This document shows, one piece after another, positions 60,434 through 64,000 of a stretch of 64,000 nucleotides of DNA. The stretch is from Candidatus Latescibacterota bacterium (GTDB lineage: Bacteria > Latescibacterota > UBA2968 > GCA-2709665), in assembly GCA_965205485.1 (NCBI GenBank), contig OZ242180.1, forward strand, positions 800,001-864,000. Reading direction: 5' to 3'. Made by a program: the position numbers and the translations under genes. A model generated the notes under the pieces. That model did not search any database and was not told the origin of the DNA. It saw nothing but the letters and a program-made list of their open reading frames with translations. Numbering within the stretch: the stretch's first letter is position 1; the number at the start of each line of letters is the position of its first letter.

Positions 60434-61672
60434 ATGAAGTTGACGTGTGAAGAGAAGGCGATGCTGGCAGGAGAGATGGGACCCGCCGCGGCGGAAGCGC
60501 TGAAGCGGCAGATGGAGGTGGGTACGTTCTTTCGCGCGGAGGACTTCGTGCCGGTCCAAACGGTACACGCGATGGCGGACATCGAAGCGCTGGCGGACCC
60601 GGGGCTTCGCTTTCTGGAAGAAACCGCCGCCGCGGGCGCGCGGTTCCGGGTCCCGGTGACGACCAATCCCCGGAGCGTGGACTTCGCCATGTGGCGTGAC
60701 GTTGGGCAGGACGAGCATACCGTTAACAGGGAACGCCGTATCGTGAAGGCGCTGACGGCGATGGGCGCGCTGCCGTGCAACACCTGCATCAACTACCAGA
60801 CCGTGGACCCGCCGCGATTCGGCGAACACCTGGGCTGGGGCGATACAGGCACCGTGATCTTCGCGAACTCCGTCGCCGGCGCCAGATCGAACTTCGAGGC
60901 CGGGCCCGCGGCCGTGTGGGCAGGCCTTACGGGACGGGTGCCGCGCTACGGGTTCCACCTTCCCGAAAGGCGGCGGGGCACCGTTCGCGTGATGGTTGAG
61001 GACCCGCCGAAGTCAAACAGCGATTGGGGCGCGCTCGGCTGCGTTGTGGGGCGGCGGGTGGACGACTACTGGCGTGTTCCGGTATTCGAGGGCATCCAGG
61101 AAAGGCCGTCGACCGACGACCTGAAGCACCTCGGCGCGGCGCTGGCCAGTTACGGGTCGCTGGCGATGTTTCATATGGTGGGTGTGACGCCCGAGGCCCG
61201 AACGGCCGAAGAGGCTTATGGAGGTCCAGAGCCGGAGGAGACAATCGTGATATCCCCCGGAACGCTGCGGGCGGCGTACGATTCCTTCCAGCCTGAGAAA
61301 GATGCGGTCGACCTCGTCGTGTGCGGTACACCGCAACTTTCGCTCTTCGAACTTCAGTCGATCGCGGAACTGCTGCGGGGCCGGCGCGTGCATCCCGACA
61401 CGACGCTGTATCTGACCACGAATTATCAGATCAAAGCGCTGGCGGATCGGATGGGATACACGGAAATCGTGGATAAGGCGGGCGGGAGGATTCTTGCGGG
61501 AGTCTGTTTCTATATTATGAACGCCCGGGTCCTGCAACAGCGGTTTCAGTACCGCACGCTTGTGACGAATTCAGCGAAACTTGCGAATATCATTTCCGGA
61601 TATGGATACAATCCGGTATTCCGGCCGGCGGAAACGTGCGTGGATGCCGCGGTGACTGGAAGGATCAGGTAA
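60434..61672 (+). CDS. Aconitase X catalytic (large) subunit, DUF521
   Basis: MKLT.EEKAMLAGEMG, VPVTTNP, CNTCINY, FANSVAGARSN, LKHLGAALASYG..AMFHMVGVTPE, GTPQ, TNSAK. Confidence 0.9.
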   Translation: MKLTCEEKAMLAGEMGPAAAEALKRQMEVGTFFRAEDFVPVQTVHAMADIEALADPGLRFLEETAAAGARFRVPVTTNPRSVDFAMWRDVGQDEHTVNRERRIVKALTAMGALPCNTCINYQTVDPPRFGEHLGWGDTGTVIFANSVAGARSNFEAGPAAVWAGLTGRVPRYGFHLPERRRGTVRVMVEDPPKSNSDWGALGCVVGRRVDDYWRVPVFEGIQERPSTDDLKHLGAALASYGSLAMFHMVGVTPEARTAEEAYGGPEPEETIVISPGTLRAAYDSFQPEKDAVDLVVCGTPQLSLFELQSIAELLRGRRVHPDTTLYLTTNYQIKALADRMGYTEIVDKAGGRILAGVCFYIMNARVLQQRFQYRTLVTNSAKLANIISGYGYNPVFRPAETCVDAAVTGRIR

Positions 61673-61735
61673 AGACGGGGCGGAGACGGAAACTTTCCTT
61701 CGGACGCTTCGCCGGTTGATCGATAGATAGCAAAA

Positions 61736-62164
61736 ATGACTGAGACAACTGTACTTCGCGGGCATCCGGGTGTCGGACCCAACGCGGAAGGGGTCGCGCT
61801 TGTATGCGACGAAGGCTTCAGCGCCCGGTACGACTATGACCGGTATCGGGGCGTCATCAGCCGGGAGACCCATCCGCTATACGGGCAGTCGATCTCAGGA
61901 AAAATCGTCGTGTTCCGCACGTCCAAAGGGGGCGTGGCCACGTCGTGGATGATGCTCGACATGGTTGAGAGGGGAACCAGCCCGGCCGGGTTCATCTTCG
62001 GTCGTACCAATCCGGTGATGGTGCAGGGCGCGGTGCTGGCGAACGTGGCGTTAATGCACGAACTCGAGCCTGACCCGCTGGCGACCATCCGGACCGGCGA
62101 TACCGTCCGCATGTGCCCGGCTGACGGGGTGGTGGAGGTGGCGAGGAAGCTGTCAATCGGCTGA
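61736..62164 (+). CDS. Aconitase X swivel (small) subunit, DUF126
   Basis: AEG.ALV...GFS, HPLYGQSISGKIVVF...KGG, IRTGD.V. Confidence 0.88.
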   Translation: MTETTVLRGHPGVGPNAEGVALVCDEGFSARYDYDRYRGVISRETHPLYGQSISGKIVVFRTSKGGVATSWMMLDMVERGTSPAGFIFGRTNPVMVQGAVLANVALMHELEPDPLATIRTGDTVRMCPADGVVEVARKLSIG

Positions 62165-62204
62165 AGACGACACCAAATGGCGTTCTCCTTTTGTCTACTA
62201 AACA

Positions 62205-62470
62205 TCATCGCTTCCTTTTGTACGCCCCTTGCCGGGTTTCTATACTCAGGACAACAGCCTTTTATTTTCCCAAACATAAAAGACTCTGTAACTTCCGGCC
62301 TTGAAATAAAAAGTGGGGCCCGCCTTTGGCGAGTCCCGTTTCTTTCTGGAGCCTCTCGTCGGAGCGCCTACCTGCAATGTTTCCAGCTTTGAAACAATCT
62401 GTGCCGCGATATCATCCCTTAGATTCTCCAGCACCTTTCCTGCAGCCCGCGAAAGCAAATAATCAGCCAC
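62205..62470 (-). pseudogene. RelE-family toxin with a 1-base deletion near 62262
   Basis: LSRAA.K.L..L, GSYRVFY. Adding one A to the A-run restores KAVVLSIETRQGAYKRKR, a RelE-like tail. Confidence 0.65.
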
Positions 62471-62688
62471 TATTTCGACCGTTTCCTCTTCAAGTTCTCT
62501 ACGAGTTTTTTGGTCTCGTCGGCCGACATAATCTCGATCTTGCCATCCTTATAATCTCGATACAGCTCAGTACCACGTTGGCGCTCCCAGGAATCGTCAA
62601 CAACCTTGTCAACCTGGTCCACAGGCCGCTCTCCTCGTATTACTCTGTCAATCAGCCTCATCGCCCCGTCAACAATCGCAAGGCCCAC
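62470..62688 (-). CDS. Small protein, probable antitoxin
   Basis: RBS GGAGG-7nt-GTG; DYKDGKIEIMSADE motif; stop overlaps the toxin start. Confidence 0.65.
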   Translation of the reverse strand: MGLAIVDGAMRLIDRVIRGERPVDQVDKVVDDSWERQRGTELYRDYKDGKIEIMSADETKKLVENLKRKRSK

Positions 62689-63082
62689 AACATTACCTCC
62701 TCAAATGTCTATCGTTCTCACTCGCCAAGAACCTGCCTGTGCGCACCAGAATGGGCTCCCGCGCGTTCTTGAGTCCAGCCGTCTCAACTGCACAATTACA
62801 CATTTGGAGCGACCACCGCGCTCATTCCATCAAGTAGTCCGTCGTTCCAATCCATCGGCGATTCAATGCCCTAACAACAAGATAACGTCTTTTTCAGAAA
62901 AATACAATTCTCCATTGGTAGTTTTCGATTAAATTCGAGTATTCAGCATCTTAACCACTTATAAAGAGCACGCAGGTCGGATTGTCAGGTTGGCGCGAAA
63001 AATTCACGAGCCATATTGCACCTGACCAATTCGGCGATTTATAGCTGTTTAATGCATGATTGCCATTGACGAGGCACGATAA

Positions 63083-63757
63083 ATGATGGAACAGGAAATC
63101 ACGGCTGGGCAGATCATCATTCTGAACGGCGCTCCGCGATCCGGGAAGTCAAGCATTGCCGCCGCGATCCAGGAAGCGTCGGATGAACTCTGGATGAATC
63201 TGGGTGCAGATCGTTACATACGCATTACACCCGAACAGTATCGTCCGGGCATCGGGCTGCGGCCGGCCGGAATTGAGAAAATGGAAGAAAAACCGTTCGC
63301 GCGAAGAAAGAAGATCGAAGCCTTAGTGCCAACAATGTATGCAGCGATGTACGACTCGATTGCGGCACACAGTCGTCTGGGTATAAACGTCGTTGTCGAC
63401 GTCGGTCACCATGACGACTACACAGTTCCTCAGGGAATCCTTTACGATTGCGCGCGGCGAATGGAAGGCCTGCCCGTTTGGTTCGTTGGCGTGCGTTGTC
63501 CTGTTGAAATCGTATGGGAACGTCGGCGCAACACGTGGCTCAGGGATCAGCGAATTTCGGATGACGCGCCACCGCCCTACAGCGTGCATCGATGGAATCG
63601 CGAAGTGCACAACCCCGGCATCTACGACCTCGAAGTCGATACCGCGAAGATGAGTCCGGAGGAATGCAGCCAGGTAATACTGAAACATCTGAAGCACGGC
63701 CCCGAACCCACGGCCTTCAAGAGGCTTGCCTCAGTGTCGGCGCGCGACCGAAAATAG
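63083..63757 (+). CDS. Chloramphenicol phosphotransferase-like P-loop kinase
   Basis: IIILNGAPRSGKSS, NVVVD, FVGVRCP, YDLEVDT...SPEEC. Confidence 0.88.
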   Translation: MMEQEITAGQIIILNGAPRSGKSSIAAAIQEASDELWMNLGADRYIRITPEQYRPGIGLRPAGIEKMEEKPFARRKKIEALVPTMYAAMYDSIAAHSRLGINVVVDVGHHDDYTVPQGILYDCARRMEGLPVWFVGVRCPVEIVWERRRNTWLRDQRISDDAPPPYSVHRWNREVHNPGIYDLEVDTAKMSPEECSQVILKHLKHGPEPTAFKRLASVSARDRK

Positions 63758-64000
63758 CAGCGATGCCGAGTTCGATTTGTATAGACTCTTCGGCCCGGAA
63801 ATCGGGTGCTGACGCCCTGGAGGATGAATGAAATGAGCCTACGCGAAATGCCTCTGTGTCCCGGCGACCTTTCTCAGTTCCGGTGCAACATAACCGCGTA
63901 TTTTTCTATCGTACCGATGGATCTGTCGGCAACTTGCCTGCGAGGTGGTCTCCAAATATACAGGAATTCTTGCGCGGCGGTGATGGCTCCCATATCCACA

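Overview
GC-rich (about 60-65%) bacterial chromosomal window with no rRNA, tRNA or CRISPR array seen. The mix of DUF6785-type membrane protein, heparinase II/III-like proteins, propeller-fused sigma54 activator and many orphan catabolic enzymes suggests a Latescibacterota/Gemmatimonadota/Poribacteria-like organism (inference only). Housekeeping genes are pyrB, glyA, cutA, csp, a plant-type ilvC and monomeric icd. Accessory content includes sugar/amine catabolic enzymes, a Fur-family/TonB receptor/PepSY/COG0523 metal-uptake cassette, two RelE-like toxin-antitoxin pairs, a decayed IS1182, a probable IS110 stub and several MITE/REP-like repeats. The most interesting unit is at 1-7022. A cytoplasmic-looking beta-propeller/Y_Y_Y sensor is fused directly to a sigma54 activator. 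It is followed by CGATATATCG palindromes, paired IHF-like sites and a consensus -24/-12 promoter, aimed at a secreted PEP-synthase-like ATP-grasp protein with a poly-Pro linker and an Fn3-like tail (frameshifted here). Also notable are a pyrL-like leader peptide/attenuator before pyrB, and two Fur-like boxes one base longer than canonical. Family calls come from motif recognition by eye, not database searches.
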